DNA from: an uncultured Fidelibacterota bacterium
Lineage (GTDB): Bacteria > Fidelibacterota > Marinisomatia > Marinisomatales > UBA8229
Reading direction: 5' to 3'
Length of the DNA stretch: 64,000 bases
Assembly (NCBI GenBank): GCA_913041945.1
Contig: CAJWIT010000001.1
Span: forward strand, 45,175 to 109,174
This document shows, piece after piece, positions 10,187 through 20,522 of this stretch. The position numbers and the translations under genes were made by a program. Numbering within the stretch: position 1 is the first letter of the stretch; each line of letters begins with the position of its first letter. The notes beneath the pieces were generated by a model, which was not told where the DNA came from, made no database searches, and was given only the letters and a program-made list of their open reading frames with translations.

Positions 10187-11524
10187 TTACAGGGTAGATT
10201 TTACACTTTCTACCAGGTTTAGGGCTTCAGAATTATTAGGCGCTTCAGCATAGATACGTAAAATGGGTTCAGTGTTGGATTTCCGCAAGTGAACCCAGCG
10301 GTCATCCCAGATAAATTTCAACCCATCCTTGTCATTCGTCTCAACATCACTGTATTTCTCCCTCACACTTTTTAGAACGGATTCTACATCCATATCGCCC
10401 AAGTTTATTTTATCTTTAACTATTTTAAACTGAGGCAACGCCGAATAAATCTCACTCAAAGGTTTTTTATTCTGTGCCATCCGATTCAAGACCATAGTAA
10501 CTCCGACAAGGGAATCCCGTCCCAGGTGTGCTTCCTTCAGGATTACACCGCCGTTCCCTTCTCCTCCAAATTTTGCTTTCAATTCAATCATCTTTTCTAC
10601 AACATTAATTTCTCCCACAGGGGTTCTTTCCACCCTGCATTTGTACTTTTCTGCTGTTTTTTCCAATGCCATGCTGGTTGAGAGATTCACAACAAATGTT
10701 TCGGATGTACCCATTTTTTTCATATATCCTTCTGCAGCCAGCACCAATGTGTATTCCTCTCCCAATGGCACACCCTTCTCAGAAACGACAGCCAGGCGGT
10801 CAGCGTCTGGGTCCACAGCAAAACCTACATCCGCACTGTTGGCGATAACGGACTGACAGAGGTCAGTTAGATTTTCCGGTAACGGTTCCGTGCCCCGGGT
10901 AAATTCCCCGGAAGGTTCACAGTTTAAAGGCACTACATCACAACCAAGCGCCTCTAACATGGCCGGCAAGGCTACCGCACCGGCCCCGTTTACTGCATCT
11001 ATTACAACCTTAAATTTGCGACGACGAATTCTATTTATATTAACACAGTTCAAACTAACATTATGGATTATATGTTTTTGAATTGAATTTTTATCTTTCC
11101 AATATATTCCGTTTGGTTGGGATGGCTCCTTTTTCAAATGATCGTCTACGAAGGAAAACAGCTCTTCACATTCCTTAGGATAGAAAAAGATACCGTCTTC
11201 GCGGACAAATTTCAAACCATTCCATTCAATTGGATTGTGGCTTGCTGTCACTATAATTCCCCCGGCAGAATCCGTCTCGCCAACCAAAAATTGGATGGTG
11301 GGAGTTGGAACAATGCCACAATCAATTACATCTCTTCCCAATTGAATTAACTTGTCAACAATTCCCATGACTATTTCATGCCCTGATGGACGGCTATCAC
11401 GTCCAACGATAATCACTCCATTTTGTTGAAGGGAATGTACCGCTTCTGCATATCGTCTTGCTTTTCGAGGAGTTAAATGGGTTCCAACCAGACCCCGTAC
11501 ACCTGATATATTCTGAATCAGCAT
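10187..11524 (-). CDS. glmM: Phosphoglucosamine mutase / phosphohexomutase
   Basis: TASHNP active-site serine, DPDADR metal loop, GGEGNGG, RKSNTEP. Confidence 0.82.
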   Translation of the reverse strand: MLIQNISGVRGLVGTHLTPRKARRYAEAVHSLQQNGVIIVGRDSRPSGHEIVMGIVDKLIQLGRDVIDCGIVPTPTIQFLVGETDSAGGIIVTASHNPIEWNGLKFVREDGIFFYPKECEELFSFVDDHLKKEPSQPNGIYWKDKNSIQKHIIHNVSLNCVNINRIRRRKFKVVIDAVNGAGAVALPAMLEALGCDVVPLNCEPSGEFTRGTEPLPENLTDLCQSVIANSADVGFAVDPDADRLAVVSEKGVPLGEEYTLVLAAEGYMKKMGTSETFVVNLSTSMALEKTAEKYKCRVERTPVGEINVVEKMIELKAKFGGEGNGGVILKEAHLGRDSLVGVTMVLNRMAQNKKPLSEIYSALPQFKIVKDKINLGDMDVESVLKSVREKYSDVETNDKDGLKFIWDDRWVHLRKSNTEPILRIYAEAPNNSEALNLVESVKSTL

Positions 11525-11560
11525 TGTGTATACATTTTAATAATAAACAGATAAAAATAA

Positions 11561-11590
11561 AAAAGGTTCGGTATATTTACCGAACCTTTT
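11561..11590 (-). terminator. Intrinsic terminator after rpsU
   Basis: Perfect 13-bp inverted repeat AAAAGGTTCGGTA-TATT-TACCGAACCTTTT, followed by a U-run on the minus strand. Confidence 0.85.
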
Positions 11591-11612
11591 ACATGACTTA
11601 TCAAATAGATAT

Positions 11613-11810
11613 CTAATAAGAAGCATATCTGGCAAATCTTGCCAGTCTTCTCATAGTTTTTTTCCGTTCTACCCTTTTTTCATCACTTGGTTTTACATAG
11701 TAAGCTTTTCGCCTGACTTCTCTCAATATTCCTGCCCGTTCCCACTTTTTTTTAAATCGTCGTAAGGCTCGCTCTAGCTGTTCTCCATCACGCACTTTAA
11801 CTCCTACCAA
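11613..11810 (-). CDS. rpsU: 30S ribosomal protein S21
   Basis: VKVRDGEQLERALRRFKK...YYVKPS; TTG start preceded by AAGGAGG. Confidence 0.96.
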   Translation of the reverse strand: MVGVKVRDGEQLERALRRFKKKWERAGILREVRRKAYYVKPSDEKRVERKKTMRRLARFARYASY

Positions 11811-11832
11811 TTTATTGCCTCCTTCATATAGA

Positions 11833-12687
11833 TTATCCTAAATAGGTTCTCAAGGCTTTGCTCCGTGAACGATGGCGCAATCTCCTGATTGCCTTTTCCT
11901 TGATTTGTCGCACCCGTTCCCGGGTTAAATTAAATTCTTCACCAATCTCATTCAGGGTCAAAGCGTAATCCCGATCAATTCCAAAGTACATTTTGATCAC
12001 ATCTCTTTCCCTTTCTTTTAATGTGTTTAGCGAATGACGAATTTCATCTTTTAATGAATCACTCATGAGCGGAGTATCTGGTGGTATTTGTTTATCATCC
12101 TCAATGACATCAATGAGTGCATTTTTTTCTCCATCTTTAAAGGGTGCGTTTAAAGAATGGTGTCTCCGTGAGATTCTCATTGCATCAAGGACATCACCAG
12201 AGGACATTTCTAATTGGCGTCCAAGTTCATCTTCGTTCGGGGTTCTTTCTACTTCTGCTTCTAGTTTTTCAGCTCTTTTCGTGATTTTACTAATTGTCCC
12301 AACCCTGTTTAATGGAAGACGTACAATTCTGGAATGCTCAGCTAAAGCCTGAAGAATGGACTGCCGAATCCACCAAACTGCATAGGATATGAATTTAAAT
12401 CCCCGAGTTTCATCAAACCGCCCTGCAGCTTTTATCAACCCAAGATTGCCTTCATTAATCAGATCTGTTAGAGGAAGTCCTTGCCCTTGATAATCTTTTG
12501 CTACTGACACAACAAACCTTAGATTTGCTTCTGTTAATTTTTTCAATGCCGGATAGTTGCCCTTTTTTATTAATTGAGCACATACAATCTCTTCCTCCGG
12601 AGGAAGGGGTTCATACTTTCCAATTTCTTCTAAATAACGACTTAAACTTCGGTTTGATTCGTTGATAGCTCTTCCAGCCTTGGCCAT
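11833..12687 (-). CDS. rpoD: Primary-type sigma-70 factor (short, no region 1.1)
   Basis: [54 protein letters not shown]; 284 aa, FCB-type SigA. Confidence 0.88.
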   Translation of the reverse strand: MAKAGRAINESNRSLSRYLEEIGKYEPLPPEEEIVCAQLIKKGNYPALKKLTEANLRFVVSVAKDYQGQGLPLTDLINEGNLGLIKAAGRFDETRGFKFISYAVWWIRQSILQALAEHSRIVRLPLNRVGTISKITKRAEKLEAEVERTPNEDELGRQLEMSSGDVLDAMRISRRHHSLNAPFKDGEKNALIDVIEDDKQIPPDTPLMSDSLKDEIRHSLNTLKERERDVIKMYFGIDRDYALTLNEIGEEFNLTRERVRQIKEKAIRRLRHRSRSKALRTYLG

Positions 12688-12723
12688 AAAGATTCCCTAT
12701 TTTTATTTCAAGAATAGCTTACA

Positions 12724-12752
12724 AGTATACAAAATTCTCGACAAGAATACAA
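12724..12752 (-). promoter_or_regulatory. Putative sigma-70 promoter of rpoD-rpsU
   Basis: Minus strand reads TTGTAT-N17-TATACT, with the -10 box 36 nt upstream of the ATG. Confidence 0.4.
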
Positions 12753-12762
12753 GCTTTGTCAT

Positions 12763-13527
12763 TTATCTGCTTTGAAGAAGTTTTACAAACTCCTGAATCA
12801 GTAAAGTTTCTGGTCTTCTGCTGAAATCAATTTTTTCCTGGATCTTCAAATGAAAATCAAATTCTTTCAGAGAATTTCTGAGCATCTTCCGTCTTTGAGA
12901 AAATGCCGATTGTACAATTTTCCCAAATCGTTTAAACTGATCATCTCGAATTAATGGTTTCGGTTTCTTCACTAACTGAATAATTGATGATTCAACTTTT
13001 GGTTTTGGAATAAATACATTCGGAGAAATATTAAAACAAATTTTCACATCTATAAATACTCCAATCATTACAGTGAGACGACCATATGCTTTTGTCCCCA
13101 CTTTCCCCGTCAGCCGTTCCGCCATTTCTTTCTGTACCATCAAATATGCATCTGACCAGTGGCTCCGTTGCTTAATTAACCAGAACAATATCGGGGAAGT
13201 AATATTGTACGGAATATTTCCTATAACCCTTACAGGTGGTGCAAGGGGAAGTGAAACCAAATCCAGCAAAAGAATATCCTTATGGAGAAAATGACACGAC
13301 TGTAAATGTTTCAAAGATTGTAAATAAGCTACAAGCTCGGGGTCAATTTCCACCGCTGTCATTTGTTCCACAGCGGGTAACATCAACTCCGTCAGAGCGC
13401 CCTCACCGGGGCCGATTTCAAGAATCCTATCTTCGCTTTTAAGATTGAGAATGCTAACAATTTTCTTAAGTAAATTCTTGTCCACAAGAAAATTCTGCCC
13501 CCATTTCTTTTTTGCATACCGCACCAA
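12763..13527 (-). CDS. rsmA: 16S rRNA m6(2)A1518/1519 dimethyltransferase (KsgA)
   Basis: GQNFL, LEIGPGEGALT, EID, GNIPYNIT, QRRKMLRN. Confidence 0.96.
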   Translation of the reverse strand: MVRYAKKKWGQNFLVDKNLLKKIVSILNLKSEDRILEIGPGEGALTELMLPAVEQMTAVEIDPELVAYLQSLKHLQSCHFLHKDILLLDLVSLPLAPPVRVIGNIPYNITSPILFWLIKQRSHWSDAYLMVQKEMAERLTGKVGTKAYGRLTVMIGVFIDVKICFNISPNVFIPKPKVESSIIQLVKKPKPLIRDDQFKRFGKIVQSAFSQRRKMLRNSLKEFDFHLKIQEKIDFSRRPETLLIQEFVKLLQSR

Positions 13528-13593
13528 AATAATCTATCCTTTTTTCATAAAAATAAATAGGTTTCGGCTCATACCTTTACAGGATAATTCTTC

Positions 13594-14364
13594 TTAAGAG
13601 AGTTCTGATTTTAGACCAAAAAGACATTTTGCATTTTCACTGGTTTGGGAAGCCACTATCTCAATTGATATCCCCTGGATTTCCGCTAGTGTTTCCGCTA
13701 CAAAACGAGTCCGTCCTGGTTCATTTGGTTTTCCACGAAAAGGGACGGGACTGAGATAAGGTGAATCTGTTTCAACCATCAATCTTTCAAGGGGAAGCTG
13801 TTTTGCCACCCCAGGCAAATTGCTGTTTTTAAAAGTCAGGTTACCGGCAAATGAGATATAATATCCCAGTTTTAAAAACAAATTAGCTATCGCCAAATCA
13901 CCAGAGAAACAATGGGCAACCCCATTCATGCCTGGATAGCCTGAAAGGATTCTGACCACATCATCGTCTGCTTCACGGTTGTGAAAAATAACCGGTTTTT
14001 TCATTTCTTGTGCCAATTCAACTTGTTCTCGAAACACCTTAACTTGAATTGTTGGTTCAGAAATATTTCGAAAGAAATCCAATCCCATTTCACCGCAGGC
14101 AACTACTTTAGGATGTTCTAATAATTCCTCCAGTTCTCGCAAATACCCATCTTTCACATTCTTTGTATCATAGGGATGGACACCGGCTGAAGCATAAATA
14201 GGTTCATATTTTTCGGCAAGCTCCAAACTTTCCCTGGAATCTCCCAGGTTTGTTCCCACACAAATAAAGCGAGTAACACCAAGCTCATTGGCTCTTTCAA
14301 GAACTCCTGGAAGATCATTCTTTAGGTCATCATAAAAAAGATGGCAGTGTGTATCAATTAACAA
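13594..14364 (-). CDS. tatD: TatD-family DNase
   Basis: IDTHCH, GVHP, GEMGLD, HNRE, HCF, ETDSPYL. Confidence 0.92.
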   Translation of the reverse strand: MLIDTHCHLFYDDLKNDLPGVLERANELGVTRFICVGTNLGDSRESLELAEKYEPIYASAGVHPYDTKNVKDGYLRELEELLEHPKVVACGEMGLDFFRNISEPTIQVKVFREQVELAQEMKKPVIFHNREADDDVVRILSGYPGMNGVAHCFSGDLAIANLFLKLGYYISFAGNLTFKNSNLPGVAKQLPLERLMVETDSPYLSPVPFRGKPNEPGRTRFVAETLAEIQGISIEIVASQTSENAKCLFGLKSELS

Positions 14365-14506
14365 GGTTGGCCTTCACTGTATATATAATAAAAAAAACTA
14401 TTAAGCAGTGATTACTTTAAAACTTCCCAATTGATTGGAGTTGCCTTTATTAAACATATCAATTAAGCCTAACCTTTCCCCCTTGTCCTTCTTTTTATCC
14501 AATACC

Positions 14507-16024
14507 TTAAGTATTCACTTCAATTCTTGGGAATAGCGATGGATGTTCTTTCAGTTCACTCCCAGGTTTAAGCTGTCCCCACGCTAAGCTTGTATGTTCA
14601 GCATTTAGAGTTTCCAATACAATCAATGTCCGGTTGGGCATAACCGGCTGCAATAATAACGCCCCCAGTCGCATTGCTTCTGCTGCAGTAATCAACACTC
14701 TTCCTGCTGCTGATTTATCCTCTTTTACTCGTTTCCAGGGCACCTGCTGTTCCATGTACCGATTTACACTGCGGATAAACTGCATTGTCTCTTCGATAGC
14801 TTCATTGATCCGCATGTTATGAATCAGTTTGTTCACTTTTTCAATAGTACCTTCCGCTTGTTTTTTCATCTCATTCTCAGCAGATGTTGGTTCTCCCCAC
14901 TTAGGCATTTTTCCATCAAAGTTTTTTTGGATTAACCGGCTCACACGGCTCAGCAAATTCCCAAAATCGTTGGCAAGATCGCTGTTATATCGCTTAGTGA
15001 AGGATTCCATAGTAAAATTAGAATCCTGCCCCAGCACCATTTCACGCATGAGGTAATACCGCACCGGATCTACACCATACTCATCTATGAGCTCCATAGG
15101 ATCCACCACATTCCCCATAGATTTACTCATTTTCGATTTTTCCATTAGCCACCAGCCATGTGCGAAGATGGTTTTCGGTAGAGGAATACCGGCGGACATA
15201 AGCATCGTGGGCCAGTATACGGCATGGGTCATTAAAATATCTTTACCAATAAGATGAACTGCCTGGGACCACCATTTTTCAAAGACTTCCGGGTCACTAC
15301 CGTAGCCGGGGCTGGTAACATAATTTAGGAGTGCATCGAACCAAACGTACGTCACATAATTATGATCAAAAGGCAGTTCTACCCCCCAGTTCAGTCGGTT
15401 TTTCGGGCGTGAAATACAAAGATCTTCCAATGGTTGACTCAGAAATCCAAGAATCTCATTTTTCCGATGCTGTGGTTGAATAAACTCCAGATTTTTATTG
15501 ATATAATCAATGAGTTCCTTCTGGTACTTGCTCATTTTGAAAAAGTAATTTTTCTCCGTTATGTATTCCAGTTCTTTTTCATGTTGAGGGCATTTCCCGT
15601 CTTCCAGCTCCTTTTCCGTATAAAACCGTTCACAACCAATACAATAGCTGCCACCGTACTCATCCATATAAATATCCCCAGAATCCTTTACCGCATTCAA
15701 AACAGCTTTTACCACTTTTTCATGGCGAGGTTCAGTAGTACGAATGAAATCATCGTATTGAATATGCAGTTTCTCCCACAGATGTTTCCATTTCGGAGCC
15801 ATTTCATCACAATGTTGCTGTGGATCAATCCCCCGCTCTTCCGCTACCTGCTGCACCTTTTGTCCATGTTCATCAAGACCTGTGAGGAAAAACACCTCCT
15901 GTCCCATAGAGCGGTGATATCTGGATAATACATCCGCTAAAATAGTTGTATATGAATGCCCAATATGAGGTTCATCGTTCGCATAATAAATTGGAGTCGT
16001 AATGTAAAAAGTGTTCTCAGCCAT
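14507..16024 (-). CDS. metG: Methionine--tRNA ligase
   Basis: TTPIYY, HIGH, GLDEHG, YVWFDAL, KMSKS. Start placed at MAENTF (16024); the ORF extends to 16039. Confidence 0.96.
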   Translation of the reverse strand: MAENTFYITTPIYYANDEPHIGHSYTTILADVLSRYHRSMGQEVFFLTGLDEHGQKVQQVAEERGIDPQQHCDEMAPKWKHLWEKLHIQYDDFIRTTEPRHEKVVKAVLNAVKDSGDIYMDEYGGSYCIGCERFYTEKELEDGKCPQHEKELEYITEKNYFFKMSKYQKELIDYINKNLEFIQPQHRKNEILGFLSQPLEDLCISRPKNRLNWGVELPFDHNYVTYVWFDALLNYVTSPGYGSDPEVFEKWWSQAVHLIGKDILMTHAVYWPTMLMSAGIPLPKTIFAHGWWLMEKSKMSKSMGNVVDPMELIDEYGVDPVRYYLMREMVLGQDSNFTMESFTKRYNSDLANDFGNLLSRVSRLIQKNFDGKMPKWGEPTSAENEMKKQAEGTIEKVNKLIHNMRINEAIEETMQFIRSVNRYMEQQVPWKRVKEDKSAAGRVLITAAEAMRLGALLLQPVMPNRTLIVLETLNAEHTSLAWGQLKPGSELKEHPSLFPRIEVNT

Positions 16025-17162
16025 ATAGCCTGCCTTCATTCATTTCTCGATGTAATTTGATCAATAAATTAGTCAATGCTATGGATGTATTCAAATTTCG
16101 AGTCATTCCAGTCAGTATTTCTTCCAGATATGTATCAATTCGAAGGAAGTCAATTTCCCGAAGTTTTTGAACCAACGATAGGGATCCTTCATCCAGCCCT
16201 ACTAAAGATACATCACTGGATAGACCTAATTTCCCCCTGTATGCGCTTCGGAGCCAAAGTTGAAGTAGGTGAAATTTAAATATGAACTCTTGGGGATCAT
16301 TTAAAGCCAGCCGGGAATATTCATTGATAAATTGTCTCCAGTTTGAACCATCTTCTGTAAAAATTGATACAACCATATCCTTTATCATAACCAAAATATT
16401 TTCTGTAGATTTATCTAATAGAGAGTAGGCTCTATGCATATTGCCCTGAGAAATTTCTGTAACAACAGGAACCAGTTCAGAACTAATACCCATTTTTTCA
16501 AGGTACAGTGTCATAACTTCCGGATCTAGCGGGGGAAAATTAACCTGTTGGCAGCGGGATGAAAGTGTTGGCAAAAGTTGTTCTTTATAATCTGTCACTA
16601 AAATCAAAGTTGTATTATTAGGGGGCTCTTCTAAAATTTTCAAAAGTGCATTCCCTGCAGCACCTTGACCAATAGAAAGAAGATGGGCATCAAAAATCAA
16701 AACAGTTTTTCGACCCTGAATATGAGATTTTAAATAAAGTGTTTTTCTAAGGTCTCTAATGGAACTGATTAAAATTTGTTTTGCTTTTGGAAAAGCAATT
16801 TTAAAAAATGGATTCGTCGCTTTTTCTTGAATAGCCGCCTGAAATAATCCTATGTTTTCTCTGTCTTCTTTCAGTTGCCCCTTTCCACCAGCAACAGTAC
16901 TTGCGCTACCGGGAAGAGGTACAATAAAAGTAAGATGTTCATGCTGAAGTGTCCTAAATCGTTTACAGGACCCGCATTCACCGCACGGGCCCTTAGGTTT
17001 CTTTTCACAATTAAGTCCAGCGGAAAATGCTATTGCAATGCCTTCTTTTCCACAGCCGGAAGGACCAGAAAAAAGGTATGAACTTCCTACTCTTCCTGTG
17101 GCAATAATTCCCTGAAGTCTTTCCCAAATTTTTGGCTGTAAAGATATGGAAGCAGAAATCAT
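16017..17162 (-). CDS. holB: DNA polymerase III delta-prime subunit
   Basis: YLFSGPSGCGK, zinc module C..PCGECGSC, NALLKILEEPP, LPTLSSRC. Start placed at the ATGA overlap with the upstream stop. Confidence 0.88.
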   Translation of the reverse strand: MISASISLQPKIWERLQGIIATGRVGSSYLFSGPSGCGKEGIAIAFSAGLNCEKKPKGPCGECGSCKRFRTLQHEHLTFIVPLPGSASTVAGGKGQLKEDRENIGLFQAAIQEKATNPFFKIAFPKAKQILISSIRDLRKTLYLKSHIQGRKTVLIFDAHLLSIGQGAAGNALLKILEEPPNNTTLILVTDYKEQLLPTLSSRCQQVNFPPLDPEVMTLYLEKMGISSELVPVVTEISQGNMHRAYSLLDKSTENILVMIKDMVVSIFTEDGSNWRQFINEYSRLALNDPQEFIFKFHLLQLWLRSAYRGKLGLSSDVSLVGLDEGSLSLVQKLREIDFLRIDTYLEEILTGMTRNLNTSIALTNLLIKLHREMNEGRLYG

Positions 17163-18442
17163 TTTTTCACCAGCCATTTTTCCGGATTCAGTTTTTGATT
17201 CTTTCCCCAAATTTCAAAATGAAGGGTGGCACCATTTATAGAGCCCGAATCTCCCATATAGGCGATTACATCTCCAGCCTGTACTTCACTATCTATACTG
17301 GTCTGAATATCGGACACATGACTGTACACTGTATAAAAATCTCCCCCATGATCAATAATGATCATAGTACCGTATCCGCGAATATAGGTGATGGTTGTAA
17401 CCACTCCTCCTAAAACAGATCGAATAGGCGAACCCAATTTCCCCTTAATATCAATCCCAAGGCTTTCTGTGACCGTTTTGAGTTCCGGATTCCGATGTTT
17501 GCCAAATTTAGTGACAACTTTCCCTTCCGCAGGCCAGGGGAGCAGGCCCTCAACTTCGGCAAAGGTTTTTGATTTTAATAATTCTTGTTGACGGCGAATG
17601 CGCTCTGCTCTCTCGAACCGGGCTTTATCCTCTAATATTTTCTTTCGGAGTATTTCTAATTCTTTTAATCCTACCTGCTTTTCCTCTATATAATGTGTCA
17701 GCTCCACCTTGTTTTCTTTTATTTTTTTAAGTTCTTTTTCCTTGGATCCCTTCTTCTTTTTCAACACGCCTTTCTGCCGTTTTCGTTCTTCTGCAAGGAC
17801 CTGGGATCTACGTAACGCTGATTTCTGTTTTGATTTTAAAGTGACTTTTTCCTGCAGTAACTCTGCAAGACCTTCCTTTTGTTTATTAATTTCCGCTAGC
17901 AGAGTCTTTAACCTATCCTGGATTTGTGATTCAATTTCGGAAATCAGAAATAAATAATGTGATCTGTAAACAGCCTGCCTCCAAGATGTAGAGCTTAATA
18001 ATTTTTCCAGTATTGAGAGGGTTCCTCTTTTATAGGTATATACAGCACGGTTTGCATACCGATCCCGTACAAAGGATAATTCTTCTTCATTCTTTGCTAT
18101 TTTTTCTTCCGTTTTTGTAATCTTAGCACGGATATTTTTTTCTTCTCTTTCATGTCTGGTTATTGCCCTGCGTATTGACTGTATTTCTTTTTCAATTTCT
18201 GTTAGTAAGCGGTTAATGAGAAAAATTTCTTCTCCAAGAATTGTAACTTTCCTAGCAACAGTTTTTTCCTTTTTTTCTTCCTTTATTATCCTTTTTTTTG
18301 TGCGTTCAATCTCTTTTTTTATGGACTCAATCTTATTTTTTTGTGAATCCAATTCCTCATCAAAGTCCTGAGCGGAGGATTGACAATATCCTCCGAAAGA
18401 TACAAAAAAAATGAAAACAGTGAATATTTGATAAATCTTCAT
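17159..18442 (-). CDS. envC: Murein hydrolase activator EnvC-like (coiled coil + M23 domain)
   Basis: Signal peptide, long coiled coil, then WPAEG..GIDI..YG..IIIDHG..YSH..LHFEI. The first Zn His of HxxxD is absent (SLGID), as expected for EnvC. Confidence 0.75.
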   Translation of the reverse strand: MKIYQIFTVFIFFVSFGGYCQSSAQDFDEELDSQKNKIESIKKEIERTKKRIIKEEKKEKTVARKVTILGEEIFLINRLLTEIEKEIQSIRRAITRHEREEKNIRAKITKTEEKIAKNEEELSFVRDRYANRAVYTYKRGTLSILEKLLSSTSWRQAVYRSHYLFLISEIESQIQDRLKTLLAEINKQKEGLAELLQEKVTLKSKQKSALRRSQVLAEERKRQKGVLKKKKGSKEKELKKIKENKVELTHYIEEKQVGLKELEILRKKILEDKARFERAERIRRQQELLKSKTFAEVEGLLPWPAEGKVVTKFGKHRNPELKTVTESLGIDIKGKLGSPIRSVLGGVVTTITYIRGYGTMIIIDHGGDFYTVYSHVSDIQTSIDSEVQAGDVIAYMGDSGSINGATLHFEIWGKNQKLNPEKWLVKK

Positions 18443-18538
18443 CGTTCAAAATACCCCGTCTTAAAATGGTATACCAACTGTGTTTTAAGGGGTTATAGAA
18501 AATTCTTTTTTATATATTAAACTCGCTTTAAATATATC

Positions 18539-20386
18539 CTAACCCCTTTCAATTTTAAAGAGTATAAACTCCAAGAATGATAATTGCAGCACTGTATCTA
18601 CGTCTGATCCGTACAGCCATAACTGCATATCTTCCCCTTTTTTATTCGTTTTGTGGATAATTTCCATCGGTTCTCCCAAAATTTCCTGCACCTGGGGAAT
18701 GGTCATACCAATTTGAAGGGTCGGGCGCAAACGCTCTTCTCTTTTTTCTCTCTCATCAGCCATACGTCTATCAATATCCTTTTGGATGCTGATTTCCTCT
18801 AACCTGATAACTTTTTCCTTTAAAGCTTTTAATGTATTTTCATTGTCTTCACCAAGATTACCTGTAATATTTTGTGCATCCTCCAGTGATTTAATTACCA
18901 GCTGTATGGCAGCTATGTCTTCGGCTTGATTGGCCTGGTTTACCAACATAGTGGCTATTTCATATCGTAATAATTCCACCTCAATATTCAAATCCTGAAC
19001 CTGCAATAACGCCTTTTCAAAAAAATCTAACGCGTTCATAAAGAATCCGGACTGCATTGCTTTTTTACCCTCCGCAAGATATATTTTTGCTCTAAAATAA
19101 GGAATGGATTTGCGGGCTTCTTCAGAATAAGCAGCCGTTTTGACAATGACTGTTAGTGCAGAGTCATTTTGGCCTCTAACGACCATTCTTTCTGCATCGT
19201 ACATATATTTTCTTGCAATTTGGCTGATTCGTTCATCTAACCCAGCAAGAAGATTTGCGTCCAAGGTTAAATTCCGAGCTTGGCGATATTTTCCTAATGC
19301 CTTTTCTGTCAAATGACGTTCATCAAAATTCATTCCCGCCCTTGCCAGTTGAATTGGAATCTTCTTCCTGCACTCTTCAATATATTTCTCTGCTCTATAT
19401 CGATTAGAGTGAAGCGGATATCCAATGATAAACTCTTCCAGGTTTTCTTTAGCAGAAATAAAATCCCTGTGATAGTAATATTCCTTCCCAATATCTCCGA
19501 CTGTTTTCTTTCCTCCTTTGGAAACAGACAAGGTAAAAAATAAACCGTAATTTGCAAGATCGAACCTGGAAATAGGAGTTAGATCATCTGGGTCGGAAAT
19601 TCGGTCAATTTTTGTATAGCTGTACCGTAAATCAACTCCTAATAAAAACTGGTTTTCTGCACCCTGGTTTAGAACATAGCGAAAACCTGCACTAAGTGCG
19701 GACGATGGCCCCCAGCCAGATGGAGTATCATCATATGATTTCCCTGTCCTGTAAAATTTTCCTGATGCCAGGCCATAGACATACCGCACATTTATCAGCC
19801 ACGAATCATACCACTGTATATTCATAGAATTGCTCATGCCTAATTCCCAAAGAAAGGGAGAGAACTTTTTGTCACCTACTCCCCAAGATGCTTGTTTCTC
19901 CCCCCAAGATGTACCAGGGATTGCCTCTGGTAAAAATATTGATGAATACTTAAAACTCAATCCCGTATGAATATCGGCCCAGCTTGTCTTTAACAAAAAA
20001 TAACTCAAATTTGTTTTCAGAACATCCAACTCCAACTGATGGCCAACTCTCGCATTCCAAGGTCCGCCGTCAAACTTCTCTACGCTTGGATCTTCGTATT
20101 CTATCCAACCACTTTTCATTTGGTCAAACGTACTGCCACCTCCATTAAAACCTAAACCATAACGAACTTCAAGGGGAATAAGTGGGATTTCCTCATAAAA
20201 TTCCCGGGGATGGAAAATACGATTTGTCCAATAACCCTGTTCATATTCAAGCCCTTCATGTCGATCAACCTGTACAAAATTCCTTGGGGCAGTAACAACA
20301 GAGTCAGGTTTGGTGTCTTTACCATAAATCACAACAACCACAACAAAAAATAAACCTAGGAATGAAAAATTTCTTGAAATCACCAT
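18539..20386 (-). CDS. Exported hypothetical protein (beta-rich domain + TPR-like helices + small C-terminal domain)
   Basis: 615-aa ORF with a hydrophobic N-terminus, an alternating beta-strand region, helical repeats and C-terminal IGMTIPQVQEILGEP..WLY. Confidence 0.75.
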   Translation of the reverse strand: MVISRNFSFLGLFFVVVVVIYGKDTKPDSVVTAPRNFVQVDRHEGLEYEQGYWTNRIFHPREFYEEIPLIPLEVRYGLGFNGGGSTFDQMKSGWIEYEDPSVEKFDGGPWNARVGHQLELDVLKTNLSYFLLKTSWADIHTGLSFKYSSIFLPEAIPGTSWGEKQASWGVGDKKFSPFLWELGMSNSMNIQWYDSWLINVRYVYGLASGKFYRTGKSYDDTPSGWGPSSALSAGFRYVLNQGAENQFLLGVDLRYSYTKIDRISDPDDLTPISRFDLANYGLFFTLSVSKGGKKTVGDIGKEYYYHRDFISAKENLEEFIIGYPLHSNRYRAEKYIEECRKKIPIQLARAGMNFDERHLTEKALGKYRQARNLTLDANLLAGLDERISQIARKYMYDAERMVVRGQNDSALTVIVKTAAYSEEARKSIPYFRAKIYLAEGKKAMQSGFFMNALDFFEKALLQVQDLNIEVELLRYEIATMLVNQANQAEDIAAIQLVIKSLEDAQNITGNLGEDNENTLKALKEKVIRLEEISIQKDIDRRMADEREKREERLRPTLQIGMTIPQVQEILGEPMEIIHKTNKKGEDMQLWLYGSDVDTVLQLSFLEFILFKIERG

Positions 20387-20522
20387 TTCTCAAAATACCC
20401 GATTTCAGATGTATTGAACAAGAGAAAGAGGTCATCCAACAATTGTTTAACAAATCATCATTTATCACTAACTTCCCTGTTGTTTTTTTTACAGGGAACA
20501 TTCTTGTCCCTCATCCATAAAA

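Noticed and set aside
15434-15928. 164-aa plus-strand ORF and similar antisense ORFs throughout (e.g. 53762-54235, 30753-31184)
   Set aside because: They lie fully antisense to well-supported genes and are explained by codon bias on the coding strand.
14507-16024. MetG lacks the C-terminal tRNA-binding domain
   Set aside because: Short monomeric MetRS is a common natural form.
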